64,000 nucleotides of DNA from Candidatus Buchananbacteria bacterium CG10_big_fil_rev_8_21_14_0_10_33_19 (lineage in GTDB: Bacteria > Patescibacteriota > Patescibacteriia > 2-01-FULL-39-33): positions 6,090 through 70,089 of the forward strand of contig PEZY01000004.1 of assembly GCA_002773855.1 (NCBI GenBank), in the 5' to 3' direction. Within the stretch, counting starts at the first letter, position 1; the number at the start of each line of letters is the position of its first letter. This document shows, piece by piece, positions 8,429 to 20,827 of the stretch. A model generated the notes under the pieces. The model was not told where the DNA came from. It made no database searches and was given only the letters and a program-made list of their open reading frames with translations. A program made the translations under genes and the position numbers.

Positions 8429-9964
8429 TTAAATTACCTCTACTTTTATCAAATTAGTCTGACCCTTAAAACCAAAGGGGTGACCGCCAACCAAAATAAT
8501 TGTGTCTCCTAATTTTACTAACTTATTTTTTAATAATGTAACTTTAATCTTTTTTGACAAAACATCAAAAGAAGATGAAAAAGGAATATAATAAGCACTT
8601 ACGCCCCAACTTAAACTCATCTGGTTAACTGTCATAGGCGATGGGGCTACAGCAATAATAGGTACCTTAGATCTAAAGCGAGAAATATTTCTAGCCGTAA
8701 ATCCAGAAGTAGTAGCACACACAATTAATTTAGCGCCAGTTACATCTTCAGCTAAATCTTGGGCCATAAAACTCATTACCTGAGTAATAGAATTCAAATT
8801 TTTAAATTCACCTTCTTTGGCTTCTTGTTCATCGATTAGTCTAGTCTCTACTTCTTTGGCAATTTTAGTCATAGCTTGTACCGCTTTTAGTGGGTAGGCG
8901 CCACTGGCTGTCTCGCCAGACAACATAATAGCATCAGTACCATCTAAAATAGCGTTAGCCACGTCAGAGACCTCAGCTCTAGTTGGTAGGGGATTCCTGA
9001 TCATTGAATCCAACATTTGAGTAGCCACAATTACCTGCTTACCAGCCTTACGACATTTGTCGATAATTGTTTTTTGAATCAATGGCAAATCTTCAAATGG
9101 TAATTCGATACCTAAATCGCCACGCGCTATCATAATAGCATCAGCCACCTCTAAAATAGAATCAATATTATCTACTGCCTCTCGTCTTTCAATTTTAGCG
9201 ATAATTCTCATGTGAACGCCACCGATTTTACCCTTAGCCTTAGGTTTTTCTAATTTATATTTACTGACTACTTTATTGTTATGATATTTTGCTTCTAAGG
9301 TAAATATTCTTTTGCGTAACCGCATCACATCACTAGCATCCTTAACAAACGACAAAGCTACAAAATCCAAGCCATTTTTAACGCCAAATTCTAAATCTTG
9401 CCAATCTTTACTAGTAATTGGTGGACACTTAATATCAGTCTGAGGAAAATTCATCCCCTTATGAGTTTTAATAATCCCAGGGGTTACTACTCGACAGTAA
9501 ACAGCCTTATTTTTAATTTTAATAACTTCCAATTCAATATTAGCATCATCAATTAAAACAGAGTGACCTGCCTTAATCTCCTGGTATAATGTTGGATACT
9601 GAATTGGAATATAAATATCCGTTGTTTTATTAGGAATAGTAAAATTTTCTGTTACTAAAATAACTATATTTTTCTTAACTACTTTCACCCCATCTTTAGA
9701 TACTTCACCAATTCTAATTCTTGGACCTTGTAAATCTTGCATAATAGCAACTGTAGTTTTAGCTATTTTAGATGCACTTCTTAAATTACGAATCAATATT
9801 TGATGGTTAGAATAAGTACCATGAGAAAAATTTAATCTAGCCACATTCATACCAGCTGAAATTAATTTTTCCATCATATTTCTAGATTCTGAAGCTGGTC
9901 CAATCGTAGCAACAATCTTTGTTCTTTTCATTGTTATTAAAGTTTTATTGTTTTTATAAACCAA
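8429..9964 (-). CDS. pyk: Pyruvate kinase. Likely start at the internal Met (9931) 'MKRTKIVATIGPAS'.
   Basis: 'KIVATIGPASE...ARLNFSHG' N-terminal signature. 'MIARGDLGIE' active-site block. Confidence 0.9.
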   Translation of the reverse strand: MVYKNNKTLITMKRTKIVATIGPASESRNMMEKLISAGMNVARLNFSHGTYSNHQILIRNLRSASKIAKTTVAIMQDLQGPRIRIGEVSKDGVKVVKKNIVILVTENFTIPNKTTDIYIPIQYPTLYQEIKAGHSVLIDDANIELEVIKIKNKAVYCRVVTPGIIKTHKGMNFPQTDIKCPPITSKDWQDLEFGVKNGLDFVALSFVKDASDVMRLRKRIFTLEAKYHNNKVVSKYKLEKPKAKGKIGGVHMRIIAKIERREAVDNIDSILEVADAIMIARGDLGIELPFEDLPLIQKTIIDKCRKAGKQVIVATQMLDSMIRNPLPTRAEVSDVANAILDGTDAIMLSGETASGAYPLKAVQAMTKIAKEVETRLIDEQEAKEGEFKNLNSITQVMSFMAQDLAEDVTGAKLIVCATTSGFTARNISRFRSKVPIIAVAPSPMTVNQMSLSWGVSAYYIPFSSSFDVLSKKIKVTLLKNKLVKLGDTIILVGGHPFGFKGQTNLIKVEVI

Positions 9965-10257
9965 TCACCCACCTGTTTAGCAAAAGACGCTAATAGCGGT
10001 AATTCCCATTTTTCACCCTTAAGTGATTTTAAAATACCTATTATAGCTACAATAGTAACTGTGATTGACAATAACCAACCAAAAATCGGAAACCAGAAAA
10101 ACAAAGATAAGCAAAACAACAAGAAGCCTTGATTAGCATGAAAACGAATATACTCGTTATTCTTTCTGGCTGCCAATGCTACTATAGAAAGAATCCACAC
10201 ATAACTAATTGCACTCCAGATTTTCTCTTCTTGAGAAATTTTTTTAGACTGAGTCAT
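9937..10257 (-). CDS. Small membrane protein (hypothetical).
   Basis: Three hydrophobic helices. Overlaps the annotated pyk start by 28 nt. Confidence 0.35.
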   Translation of the reverse strand: MTQSKKISQEEKIWSAISYVWILSIVALAARKNNEYIRFHANQGFLLFCLSLFFWFPIFGWLLSITVTIVAIIGILKSLKGEKWELPLLASFAKQVGDWFIKTIKL

Positions 10258-10270
10258 AATTTTTATTTAA

Positions 10271-10693
10271 TTATTTTTTAATATTAGAAGCATAAATTAT
10301 AAATATAGCCACTAGTGAACCAACTATCGCGACTGTAGTAGTTTCGGTAATGACATTAAAAAATTTCCAAATTCTAAAACCATCAGCAAAACGATAAAGA
10401 GAAATACCAAAACCGATTACAAAACCACCTAAAACTCCTGAAATTGTAGCAATGGCCGCACTACTGCCAAAATTCTTAGCTGATCTAATAGCAATATTTA
10501 TCAACACACTCAAACGAATAATCCATGACATAATTTCTACTTGTTCAAAAAATAAACCAGAGCCCAACTTAGTAGAAAAAAAACGAAAAACTATTTCTAA
10601 AACCAAAGCCAAAATAACTGGCCATTTAATAAACTTCAAATAGACAGCAAAATCTATGGGTTCCCAAATTTTAGATGATTTTTCGTATTCCAT
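10271..10693 (-). CDS. Small membrane protein (hypothetical).
   Basis: Four hydrophobic helices. Confidence 0.35.
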   Translation of the reverse strand: MEYEKSSKIWEPIDFAVYLKFIKWPVILALVLEIVFRFFSTKLGSGLFFEQVEIMSWIIRLSVLINIAIRSAKNFGSSAAIATISGVLGGFVIGFGISLYRFADGFRIWKFFNVITETTTVAIVGSLVAIFIIYASNIKK

Positions 10694-10727
10694 ATTACCT
10701 ATACATTATACCTTATTTTATCAATAA

Positions 10728-10759
10728 ATAAAAAATCCGACATACCACAATGTCGGATT
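10728..10759 (-). terminator. Terminator after the rubredoxin-peroxiredoxin pair.
   Basis: AATCCGACAT-ACCACA-ATGTCGGATT 10-bp hairpin with a T-run on the minus strand. Confidence 0.5.
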
Positions 10760-10773
10760 AGATATAAAGCTTT

Positions 10774-11364
10774 TTATATTTTACCCACTAAATCTAAGTC
10801 CGGCTTTAGGGTAGAGCCACCTGGCTGCCAACTAGCTGGACAAACCTGATCACCATGCTTACTAACAAAAATTGCTGCTTGTAACTTTCTTACCAATTCT
10901 TGAGCTGACCTACCGATACTATTATCATTCACCTCGATAACTTTAATAACACCCTGAGGATTTATTATAAATGTACCCCTTAAGGCCTCGCCTTTTTCTT
11001 CGATATAAACTCCAAGCGATTGAGACAGTCTAGCGGTTTGATCAGAGGCCATAGGAAAAGCAATATGCTTAATTGTTTCTGAGGTGTCGTGCCAAGCCTT
11101 GTGAGAATACACATTATCAGTACTAACACTAATAACCTCGGCGCCTAATTTTTTTAAGTTATCATAATTTTCTGCCATTTCTTTTAATTCTGTCGGACAG
11201 ACAAATGTAAAATCAGCTGGATAAAAAAATAGAATCAACCATTTACCCCTGTAATCTGACAATTTTATTTTTTTAATTTTTTCTTGATGATAAATCTCTA
11301 ATTCTAAATCTGGCAAATAACTATTAATTAGATTGGTGCCAGTTAATACTTCTTTATTTTCCAT
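10774..11364 (-). CDS. Typical 2-Cys peroxiredoxin (AhpC/Prx family).
   Basis: Peroxidatic motif 'FTFVCPTEL' and C-terminal resolving Cys region. Confidence 0.85.
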   Translation of the reverse strand: MENKEVLTGTNLINSYLPDLELEIYHQEKIKKIKLSDYRGKWLILFFYPADFTFVCPTELKEMAENYDNLKKLGAEVISVSTDNVYSHKAWHDTSETIKHIAFPMASDQTARLSQSLGVYIEEKGEALRGTFIINPQGVIKVIEVNDNSIGRSAQELVRKLQAAIFVSKHGDQVCPASWQPGGSTLKPDLDLVGKI

Positions 11365-11378
11365 TGTATATTTATTTA

Positions 11379-11540
11379 TTAATCATATAAATCAAATTCA
11401 CCTTTATTGGCCTTACAGGTAGGGCACTGCCAATCTATTGGCAATTCAACAAAGGCTGTATTACCGGCGATATTATGGTCTGGATCACCGCTTTCTGGAT
11501 CATAAATCTCTCCACAAATACGACAAATATATTTTTGCAT
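11379..11540 (-). CDS. Rubredoxin. The ORF was called from an upstream Met; the likely start is 'MQKYICRICG'.
   Basis: 'CRICGEIYDPESGDPD...WQCPTC' is the two CxxC rubredoxin knuckles. Confidence 0.8.
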   Translation of the reverse strand: MQKYICRICGEIYDPESGDPDHNIAGNTAFVELPIDWQCPTCKANKGEFDLYD

Positions 11541-11657
11541 ATTTTTTAAATTATTAATTAATAATGGAATCAATCTATGAAAGAACAATAATTTAAACAA
11601 ACAATTGACTACTTTAATTTTATCAAAAAATTAAATTTAAAGACAGTAAAGCGATAT

Positions 11658-13229
11658 CTATCTCAAAATAGTCATAATAGCTCGAACAATAAACCTAATA
11701 TTATACTGCCTTTGGTATAATAGTGGCACTTTATTGTTTAAATTTAATAATTTTTTAACAGCTATTTTGGCCGAACGCACAGACGACTCAACAGTAAAAA
11801 CAATTTCATTTTTAATTTCCACATATTGACCAATAAAAGCTAAATTTTTTGAACCTTTTGGCACTACTAATGGACGATCATTTTTATGTCGAGGCATAAA
11901 TTGACTAGTAATATAAGGTAGCATTACCGGCACACAATTAGCTTGGGCAATAATTGATCCTCGATACTCGGTAAATCCTAAATGAGCACATAATTCCTCT
12001 AGTATTTCTTGACCGGTGCAACCTGACATTTTTTTCTTAACATAATTACCAATTTTATTTGGCAATAAACCATAACCCCAACAAACAAAAACATTTTTAG
12101 GTTGATTAATAAAATATGGTTGATATGGCAAAGCTATCGACATTAACCAATTTGAACCTTTAAAAGTAATCAAGCCACCGGTACCAGCCAGATTGCCAGT
12201 TAATTTTTCTACTAATTCAAAAAATAATTCGTTATCAAAAGTAATAGTAAAAGACTCAAAACTAGATTTATTAATAGACTGAAAAAAAACATTAGGCTGG
12301 CCAAAGTCTGCTGATTTTTTAGCTATTTTTTGCCATAATGATTTATGATTTAAAAAATTATTATTTGGCATTTTTGTCATTGAGCCAGCACTTGAACTAG
12401 CTGTGATTGATCCATTAGTTACAAAAACCAAATCACCTGACTGCACCTTAATAGACTTTTTATTGTTCACAAAAGATATACTAGTCACTATTTTAGTGTG
12501 ATGATCTTGATCTAATTCAATATCATCAACATTATAGTTTTGTCGAAAATTAACCTGGTTTTGTTTCAGCCAATCAATTACTGGTCTAACCATGAAATCG
12601 TATTCACAATAAGGAGCACTAACAACAACCTCCATAGTATCAATGGATGAGGTAGTATGAATAAATCTCACCATATAACGTTTCATTTCCAAAAGACTAT
12701 GCCATGGTTCAAAGGCAAAAGTAGTGGCCCACTCCAACCAAAAATTAGTCTTAAAAAAATCAACTGTAAAATAGCTATTAATAGATTTACTAGCAAAAAA
12801 GTTTTCCGGCCACAATAACAATTTCACCAACTTATAACGATCCTGCCAATTCAAGCCAAGCTTATGAGCATTAACAATCTGACCTTTTTCAATTAATCTA
12901 GCTTTGGCCTGAATTTTTACTTTTTTATTAAAATCAAATATATCATCCTTTAAAGTTTTACTGCGATTATTTGGTGATGGTATTTTTGACAGTAAATCAT
13001 AAGTACATAAATAAACTTCTCGCTCAAACATTCTATAGCCACGAACCAAATAGCCAGACTTGGCCAAATCATGCCCATCCAAGCTACCACCTGATGTTTT
13101 ATTCTTATCAAAAATAAAAATATTTTTACCATCAAAGCCAGCGTCTTTTATTAAAAAAACTGCAGTCGATAAACCAGCTATGCCTGAACCGATTATATAA
13201 GCTTTACGATTATTAATTGATTTGATCAT
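11658..13229 (-). CDS. ohyA: Oleate hydratase (myosin-cross-reactive antigen family, FAD-dependent).
   Basis: Matches the MCRA family in three blocks: N-terminal 'KAYIIGSGIAGLS...GGSLDG...GYLVRGYRMFE', then 'LEWATTFAFEPWHSLLEMKRYMVRF', then the C-terminal 'PYITSQFMPRHKNDRPLVVPKGSKNLAFIGQYVE'. Confidence 0.85.
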   Translation of the reverse strand: MIKSINNRKAYIIGSGIAGLSTAVFLIKDAGFDGKNIFIFDKNKTSGGSLDGHDLAKSGYLVRGYRMFEREVYLCTYDLLSKIPSPNNRSKTLKDDIFDFNKKVKIQAKARLIEKGQIVNAHKLGLNWQDRYKLVKLLLWPENFFASKSINSYFTVDFFKTNFWLEWATTFAFEPWHSLLEMKRYMVRFIHTTSSIDTMEVVVSAPYCEYDFMVRPVIDWLKQNQVNFRQNYNVDDIELDQDHHTKIVTSISFVNNKKSIKVQSGDLVFVTNGSITASSSAGSMTKMPNNNFLNHKSLWQKIAKKSADFGQPNVFFQSINKSSFESFTITFDNELFFELVEKLTGNLAGTGGLITFKGSNWLMSIALPYQPYFINQPKNVFVCWGYGLLPNKIGNYVKKKMSGCTGQEILEELCAHLGFTEYRGSIIAQANCVPVMLPYITSQFMPRHKNDRPLVVPKGSKNLAFIGQYVEIKNEIVFTVESSVRSAKIAVKKLLNLNNKVPLLYQRQYNIRFIVRAIMTILR

Positions 13230-13322
13230 TTAAAAAATAAAAACTTCAAAAACAACTTAAACTTTATTAAGCCTTGTATTTAATTTACCAAAATTTATGA
13301 CTATTTAACAGTAACAAATAAA

Positions 13323-15485
13323 TTACAATTTTTTTCTTTTTAATAAAATCGAATTTAAAACTACTGACACACTAGAAAAAGCCATAGCCAGCCCAGCAAA
13401 TTCAGCTCGTAACAGCCCAGAAGCGGCAATAGGAATACCAATACTGTTATAGAAAAGTGCCCAGAACATATTTTGTTTAATTTTGTTCATAGTTTGCTTA
13501 CTAAGTCTAATAGATTTAGCTACATCTCTTAAATCATTTTTAATTAAAACTACCCCGCCAGTCTCAATAGCAATATCAGTACCACCACCCATAGCAATAC
13601 CTAAATCAGATTGAGCTAAAGCCGGGGCATCGTTTATACCATCACCAGCCATAGCTACACTTAAACCATTAGACTGAAGTTCTTTAATTTTTTTAGCTTT
13701 ATCCTCTGGTAATACTTCAGCCATTACTTCATCAACACCAACTTTTTGAGCAATAGCTTCTGCAGTTTTTTTATTATCACCAGTAATCATGATAGTTCTA
13801 ATGCCTAAATCTTTCAATTTTTTAATAGCTTCAATAGAGGTGTCCTTAATAGTGTCGGCTACAGCTACCAAACCAGTTAATTTATTCTCTACCGCAATTA
13901 ACATAACGGTCTTACCTTCACCTTCTAATTGATATTTTTTACTTTTAACTTCTGAGCCAATATCAATATTATTTTGAGACATTAATTTATCGGTGCCAAC
14001 AAAAATTAATCTATTATTTATTTTTCCTTCTACACCGTGACCAGATAATGATTTAAAATTAGTTGGTTCAATTATTTTTATTTTTTTATTTTTAGCATAT
14101 TTAACGATTGATTCAGCCAGTGGGTGCTCAGAAACATTTTCTAGTGAAGCCACTAAAGACAAAAGATCATTATCAGATACACCATAGCTCATAAAATCAG
14201 TTACTTCTGGCTCACCTTTAGTAATAGTACCAGTCTTATCAAAAACCACCACTTTTATTTTGTTAGCAATTTCTAGTGCTTCACCACCCTTAATTAAAAT
14301 ACCATGTTCGGCTCCCTTGCCAGTGCCAACAATAATAGCGGTTGGCGTGGCTAGTCCTAGAGCACAAGGACACGCTATTACTAAAACAGCTGTAAAAACC
14401 ATTAGAGCAGCCACAAAAGTTGCACCAATTATAAAATACCAAACTATAAAAGTTATAATCGCTATAACAATAACTACTGGCACAAAAATACTAGAAACTC
14501 GATCAGCAAATTTTTGAATTGGCGCTTTTTGACCCTGAGCCTCTTCGACAATTTTAATAATTTGCGAAAGCATTGTATCTTTACCAACTTTGGTAGTTTT
14601 AAACTTAAAACTACCAGTTTTATTGATAGTAGCTCCAATTACCAAGTCGCCAATATTTTTTTCTTTAGGAATGCTTTCACCAGAAACCATAGATTCATCT
14701 ACACTAGAATGACCACTAACAACTTCTCCGTCAACTGGCACTTTTTCACCTGGGCGCACGATAATCACGTCATTAACTACCACTTCATCAATTGGCACAT
14801 TAACTTCTTGACCATCTTTTAAAACACAGGCAGTTTTAGCTCTTAAACCCATTAATTTCTGAATGGCCTGACCAGCCCTACCCTTAGCTCTGGCTTCTAA
14901 CCATTTACCTAATATAACAAAAGTAATTAAAAGTGAAGAAGTTTCAAAAAATACATCTCCTTCAATTATAAAAGTCGTAGCCAAACTATAAAAAAAAGCC
15001 GCACTAGTGCCAATAGTAATCAAAGAATCCATATTAGCAGTCCTGTCCTTAAGAGCATAATAAGCACCGCGATAAAATCTAAAGCCAATATAAAATTGAA
15101 CTATGGTTGCCAAGAAGGCTTGAACCATCCGACTTTCCAGTGACATGTTTTTCAACACCATCGACAAAACCAAAATTGGCAAAGACAAAACCAAACTCAA
15201 AACAAATAAATTTCTTTCTTTTTTTATTTCTATTTCTTTGGAAATACTATTATGATCATGGGTTTTTTCACTAATAAGAGTTGCACCATAACCACCATCT
15301 TTAACAGCCTCAATAATTTTATTGTCATCTACTTTAGTTTTATCATATTCTACTGACGCTTTTTCAATAGCAAAATTAACATTAGCTTTGCTAACGCCTG
15401 GTATTTTTTGTAATTTTTTTTCTATGATCAAAGCACAACTAGCACAATGCATGCCAGAAATTTCATATTCTTTTTTATTAGACAT
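13323..15485 (-). CDS. copA: Copper-translocating P1B-type ATPase.
   Basis: N-terminal HMA 'GMHCASCA', TM 'CPC', and 'DKTGTIT', 'GDGIND' P-type motifs. Confidence 0.9.
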   Translation of the reverse strand: MSNKKEYEISGMHCASCALIIEKKLQKIPGVSKANVNFAIEKASVEYDKTKVDDNKIIEAVKDGGYGATLISEKTHDHNSISKEIEIKKERNLFVLSLVLSLPILVLSMVLKNMSLESRMVQAFLATIVQFYIGFRFYRGAYYALKDRTANMDSLITIGTSAAFFYSLATTFIIEGDVFFETSSLLITFVILGKWLEARAKGRAGQAIQKLMGLRAKTACVLKDGQEVNVPIDEVVVNDVIIVRPGEKVPVDGEVVSGHSSVDESMVSGESIPKEKNIGDLVIGATINKTGSFKFKTTKVGKDTMLSQIIKIVEEAQGQKAPIQKFADRVSSIFVPVVIVIAIITFIVWYFIIGATFVAALMVFTAVLVIACPCALGLATPTAIIVGTGKGAEHGILIKGGEALEIANKIKVVVFDKTGTITKGEPEVTDFMSYGVSDNDLLSLVASLENVSEHPLAESIVKYAKNKKIKIIEPTNFKSLSGHGVEGKINNRLIFVGTDKLMSQNNIDIGSEVKSKKYQLEGEGKTVMLIAVENKLTGLVAVADTIKDTSIEAIKKLKDLGIRTIMITGDNKKTAEAIAQKVGVDEVMAEVLPEDKAKKIKELQSNGLSVAMAGDGINDAPALAQSDLGIAMGGGTDIAIETGGVVLIKNDLRDVAKSIRLSKQTMNKIKQNMFWALFYNSIGIPIAASGLLRAEFAGLAMAFSSVSVVLNSILLKRKKL

Positions 15486-15523
15486 ATATATTTAATTATT
15501 AATTTAATAATAATTGAGATTAA

Positions 15524-16855
15524 TTATTTAACAATAAATTTTCCAGTGTACATACCCATAGTACAAGAAAATTTGATTTCACCGGTTTTAGTTGGGGTAA
15601 ATTCAATAATGTTTTCGCCTTTTTTTAGCCCTACATTAATACCATAGTCACGCATCATTAAACTGGAAGCACAAGTAAATGGATTAGTAGAATTAATAAT
15701 CCATTTCACTGGTTGACCAACTTTTACAGTTAATACATTTGGTGTATAACCACCACCATCTTGAGTCATCCTAATAATTTGTGCTTCACCTTTATACTCT
15801 ATTTGTTTATTTCCAGTTGATTTAAAAGATATTAAATGGCTAGCATTAGTTATATTGTAAACACCTAAAATAATGACTAACAAACCTGAAGTCATAAAAA
15901 ATATTCTAGCTGTCCTACCTTTAAATACTGAAGCTAAACCACCAACACTTAACAACCCAGGAGAAGTGCCTAATGCAAAAAGCATCATAACCATAGCTCC
16001 CGCCATAAAATTACCAGTACTAACTGCATAAAGTTGCATGGCTTGAGTAAAGCCACAAGGCAAGAAAAAAGTTAAAGCACCCAAAGTAATAGAATTTCTA
16101 ATGCTATATTTTTTGTCATGACTATTGATACCCAAAAATTTAGCTACCGAAGCCGGCAAACTAATATTTTTGTTTCGCAAGGCAGGAAATATCTCAATCA
16201 ATTTTAAACCTAAAAAAATCATCACCCCACCAACCAAAGCAGTTAAGACACCTAAAGTATTACCAGACATCCGAAAAGCCGTACCCATTAACCCAACTAA
16301 GCCACCCAATAAACCAAAGCCGACAATCCGACCTAAATTAAAGTAAAAATGAGGAACAAATTTTTGTGAAATAGTAGCTTCTGGATGAGATTCTGAGTAT
16401 CTAGCTGATAATCCCAAAACTAAACCACCTACTAAAGCCATGCAGGTAGACACACCTGCTACTAAACCAACCAAAAGAGCGGTAAATAACCCAGTGTTAC
16501 CATTCCCAAAGTCTAATTTATCAATTCCTAATTGACTAACAATTAAAATAAGTACGGCCAATATCGTTACGGCAATCAAAAGATCACGATAGTCGCGGTA
16601 ATCAATAGATAATAATGGCAATTTACTATCCTTACCCATTTGATAACCAGCATTGATTATCTCATTGGAGATTTGTTCATTAGAAGGCTCTTTACCATGA
16701 TAGGATAATGCCACTTCACCAGTCCGTTGATTAGCTTTAACGCTAGTAACATTATGAATATTTTTAAGCTGATCCTCGATTAAAATTTCACAGGATTTAC
16801 AGTGCATCCCGCTAACAAAAACTTTTTTAGTCTTTTGACTCATATTAATAAACAA
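15524..16855 (-). CDS. HMA-domain / TauE-SafE-like permease fusion with C-terminal cupredoxin-like domain (putative copper handling).
   Basis: N-terminal 'SGMHCKSCE' HMA motif. ~8 TM helices. C-terminal beta-sandwich-like tail with C...C...M residues. Confidence 0.5.
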   Translation of the reverse strand: MFINMSQKTKKVFVSGMHCKSCEILIEDQLKNIHNVTSVKANQRTGEVALSYHGKEPSNEQISNEIINAGYQMGKDSKLPLLSIDYRDYRDLLIAVTILAVLILIVSQLGIDKLDFGNGNTGLFTALLVGLVAGVSTCMALVGGLVLGLSARYSESHPEATISQKFVPHFYFNLGRIVGFGLLGGLVGLMGTAFRMSGNTLGVLTALVGGVMIFLGLKLIEIFPALRNKNISLPASVAKFLGINSHDKKYSIRNSITLGALTFFLPCGFTQAMQLYAVSTGNFMAGAMVMMLFALGTSPGLLSVGGLASVFKGRTARIFFMTSGLLVIILGVYNITNASHLISFKSTGNKQIEYKGEAQIIRMTQDGGGYTPNVLTVKVGQPVKWIINSTNPFTCASSLMMRDYGINVGLKKGENIIEFTPTKTGEIKFSCTMGMYTGKFIVK

Positions 16856-16894
16856 AAATTAATTAAACAACTAAACTAATTAATAATGAGTTGC

Positions 16895-17317
16895 TTAATA
16901 AATTTTGGGATGTAAAATACCGGCACTAAAAATATAAGGAAGATAATAAAATAATTTAAAACCACCGTATTTTATTCTGGTTAACCTAAAATAAAAACTA
17001 ACGGCGGTTTGAATAATAGTTGATATTAAATTAAACAAAATAAATGACACAACAGTGAGCAATAAAGCCAGTAATAATTTATTAGTTGGTAAGGCAAAGT
17101 CTCCGACATCAAAACTATAACTAGTAACTCCGGCTGACTGATGGCTGTTACTACAACAATCAAGTGTTGTGTTCATAACATGATGATTGACACTAGAATT
17201 TGAAAAAATAGCATTCCAAATACCAAAATGACAAGAAAAAATTACCACCAACAAAACAACTAATGAAACTAGAGAAATTATTTTTTTTTGTAATTTTAAC
17301 GTCATCATTTTAATCAC
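16895..17317 (-). CDS. Hypothetical membrane protein with a Cys/His-rich N-terminal segment.
   Basis: ORF only. 'LDCCSNSHQ' and a C-terminal TM helix. Confidence 0.3.
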   Translation of the reverse strand: MIKMMTLKLQKKIISLVSLVVLLVVIFSCHFGIWNAIFSNSSVNHHVMNTTLDCCSNSHQSAGVTSYSFDVGDFALPTNKLLLALLLTVVSFILFNLISTIIQTAVSFYFRLTRIKYGGFKLFYYLPYIFSAGILHPKIY

Positions 17318-17323
17318 TAATAA

Positions 17324-18073
17324 CTATTTCAACAAAGAATCAATTTGAGCTTTTAAACTAGAATACGGCACTGCCCCACCTAGAGCTTGGCCATTTAAGA
17401 AACTACCGGGAGTACCAGTAACGCCAGCCGCAATACCGGCTTGCAAATGTTGTTCTACAAAATCATTATATTTACCAGAGTCTAAACAATCATTAAACTT
17501 ATTAACATCTAAGCCTAAATTTGTAGCCGCGTTTTTTAAGAAGTTAATACCACCTGATTGAATAGAGCTTTGATTAGCGTACAAGAAATCATGAAATTCC
17601 CAAAACTTGTTTTGTTCACCAGCACACTCTGAAGCCTGAGCTGATTTTCTGGCATAAGGATGAATACTATCAAGTGGGAAATGTCTGTACACTACTCTAA
17701 TCTTATCACTATAATCTTTTAGTAAGGTGTCGATAGAGGTATTAAAACTTTGGCAGTAAGGACACTGAAAATCAGACCATTCTAAAATAGTAATAGCCGC
17801 CTGAGGATTACCCTTAATGTGTTCACCGTCTACAATTTGCATTAAATTAGCAGTATCAGGAATTACACCAGCACTGTTGCCAGCTACTTTCCCGCCCTGT
17901 GACCTAACAAATAAAATCGATAAAACGATTAAGGCAATAATACTAACACCAGATAGACCAGCCAAAAACCCCACCAAAACTTGTTTATTATCTTTAATAT
18001 CTTCCATATAGTTTAATTTATTTTTTAAATACAATAATAATATTATAATACAATAATTAGACTTTACAAGCAA
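17324..18073 (-). CDS. Membrane-anchored DsbA-family thiol:disulfide oxidoreductase.
   Basis: Thioredoxin-fold CxxC 'FQCPYC'. N-terminal TM anchor. Confidence 0.7.
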   Translation of the reverse strand: MLVKSNYCIIILLLYLKNKLNYMEDIKDNKQVLVGFLAGLSGVSIIALIVLSILFVRSQGGKVAGNSAGVIPDTANLMQIVDGEHIKGNPQAAITILEWSDFQCPYCQSFNTSIDTLLKDYSDKIRVVYRHFPLDSIHPYARKSAQASECAGEQNKFWEFHDFLYANQSSIQSGGINFLKNAATNLGLDVNKFNDCLDSGKYNDFVEQHLQAGIAAGVTGTPGSFLNGQALGGAVPYSSLKAQIDSLLK

Positions 18074-18611
18074 AATTATTATTAATCTTCTTAGCCAATA
18101 GGTATATAGAAATTAATAACGATATTATGCCAATTACTCCGAATTCATAACCATGAAATGGTAAAAAGCCCAAAAAAGCCGCTGTTGCTGAAAAGCCAAA
18201 TATAGAAGAAATGATCACTGATCCACAAGAAAAACAACCAACGCCCAATAAGCTAACAAGCGATGCCCAAACACTAGCCTTAATACCTTTGGAAATAGAA
18301 ATCTGTTTTTTAATATAAAAAATTAAAGCCGCAATATTAATACCAAACAAAATCGAAATGATCGAAATTGTAATTAGAGTTGAGATAACTACACTAGTTT
18401 TAATTAATTCTACGAAATTAAAAACTATTTTAATTTTATAATCTAGACTCAAAAGATCTGAGACAAAAGTATGATACAAAAAGTTATAATTAGCCAACCA
18501 AATGCTAGAAACCACAAACAAAAGAGCTGTTATCACGGCTATAGTAATATAATTTATATTACCAAAAACTGTTTTAAAAAACATTTTTAAATTATTAATT
18601 TTATCAATCAT
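18057..18611 (-). CDS. Polytopic membrane protein with CxxC in a TM helix. Possible DsbB/VKOR-type redox partner for the DsbA-like protein.
   Basis: 'GVGCFSCGSV' within a hydrophobic helix. 17-nt overlap with the downstream dsbA-like gene. Confidence 0.35.
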   Translation of the reverse strand: MIDKINNLKMFFKTVFGNINYITIAVITALLFVVSSIWLANYNFLYHTFVSDLLSLDYKIKIVFNFVELIKTSVVISTLITISIISILFGINIAALIFYIKKQISISKGIKASVWASLVSLLGVGCFSCGSVIISSIFGFSATAAFLGFLPFHGYEFGVIGIISLLISIYLLAKKINNNFACKV

Positions 18612-18679
18612 AAACTAGATATTTATTAAATAAACTATACCCTATTTTCTCATTATATTAGACTAAAGTCAATCAATTA

Positions 18680-18713
18680 AAAAATTCTTGATAGATATCT
18701 ATCAAGAATTTTT
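18680..18713 (-). terminator. Perfect 24-bp palindrome terminator after groEL.
   Basis: TTCTTGATAGAT/ATCTATCAAGAA flanked by A5 and T5. Confidence 0.55.
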
Positions 18714-18724
18714 AATAAAATCAA

Positions 18725-20359
<1,635 letters not shown>

Positions 20360-20386
20360 TTAAATTAGTAAATTAGTAAATTGAAT

Positions 20387-20662
20387 TTAATCAATTACTG
20401 CTAAAATATCTTCGTGATTAATAATTTTAAATTCTTTATTATCAACTTTTACATCATCACCAGCATATTGACCAAAAATAATTTTTTGACCAACGCTTAA
20501 TCCTAATTTAGTAACTTTTTCACCATTACCAATAAATAAAATTTTACCTTCGGCTTTTTTTTCTTTATCAATCGTATCCGGTAACACAATACCAGATTTG
20601 GTAACTTCTTCTGCAGTTACTGGCTCGACTAAAACGCGATCACCAATTGGCTTAATACCCAT
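20387..20662 (-). CDS. groES: Co-chaperonin GroES.
   Basis: 'IKPIGDRVLVEP...EKKAEGKI' GroES pattern. Confidence 0.9.
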   Translation of the reverse strand: MGIKPIGDRVLVEPVTAEEVTKSGIVLPDTIDKEKKAEGKILFIGNGEKVTKLGLSVGQKIIFGQYAGDDVKVDNKEFKIINHEDILAVID

Positions 20663-20697
20663 AAATTTATATAATTATTAATAATATTTTTACTATT

Positions 20698-20724
20698 TTA
20701 GCACTCTTAGATTATGAGTGCTAA
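20698..20724 (-). promoter_or_regulatory. CIRCE operator (HrcA binding site) upstream of groES.
   Basis: Exact consensus TTAGCACTC-N9-GAGTGCTAA. Confidence 0.9.
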
Positions 20725-20793
20725 TAGCTTTTATAGAGACATCTTAATAAGATTCACAAAAAAAGTCAACTCCGTAGCTATTTACCTTTAAAA

Positions 20794-20819
20794 TAAAAAC
20801 CCAGTCATTTTACTGGGTT
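20794..20819 (-). terminator. Terminator after the clpP-like gene.
   Basis: AAACCCAGT-CATTTT-ACTGGGTTT with a T-run on the minus strand. Confidence 0.5.
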
Positions 20820-20827
20820 TAGAATAT

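Noticed and set aside
14260-14822. Two + strand ORFs (85 and 102 aa) antisense to copA.
   Set aside because: They are antisense to a well-supported conserved gene and are composed of Ile/Thr/Asn-rich low-complexity sequence. They are a typical shadow-ORF artefact.
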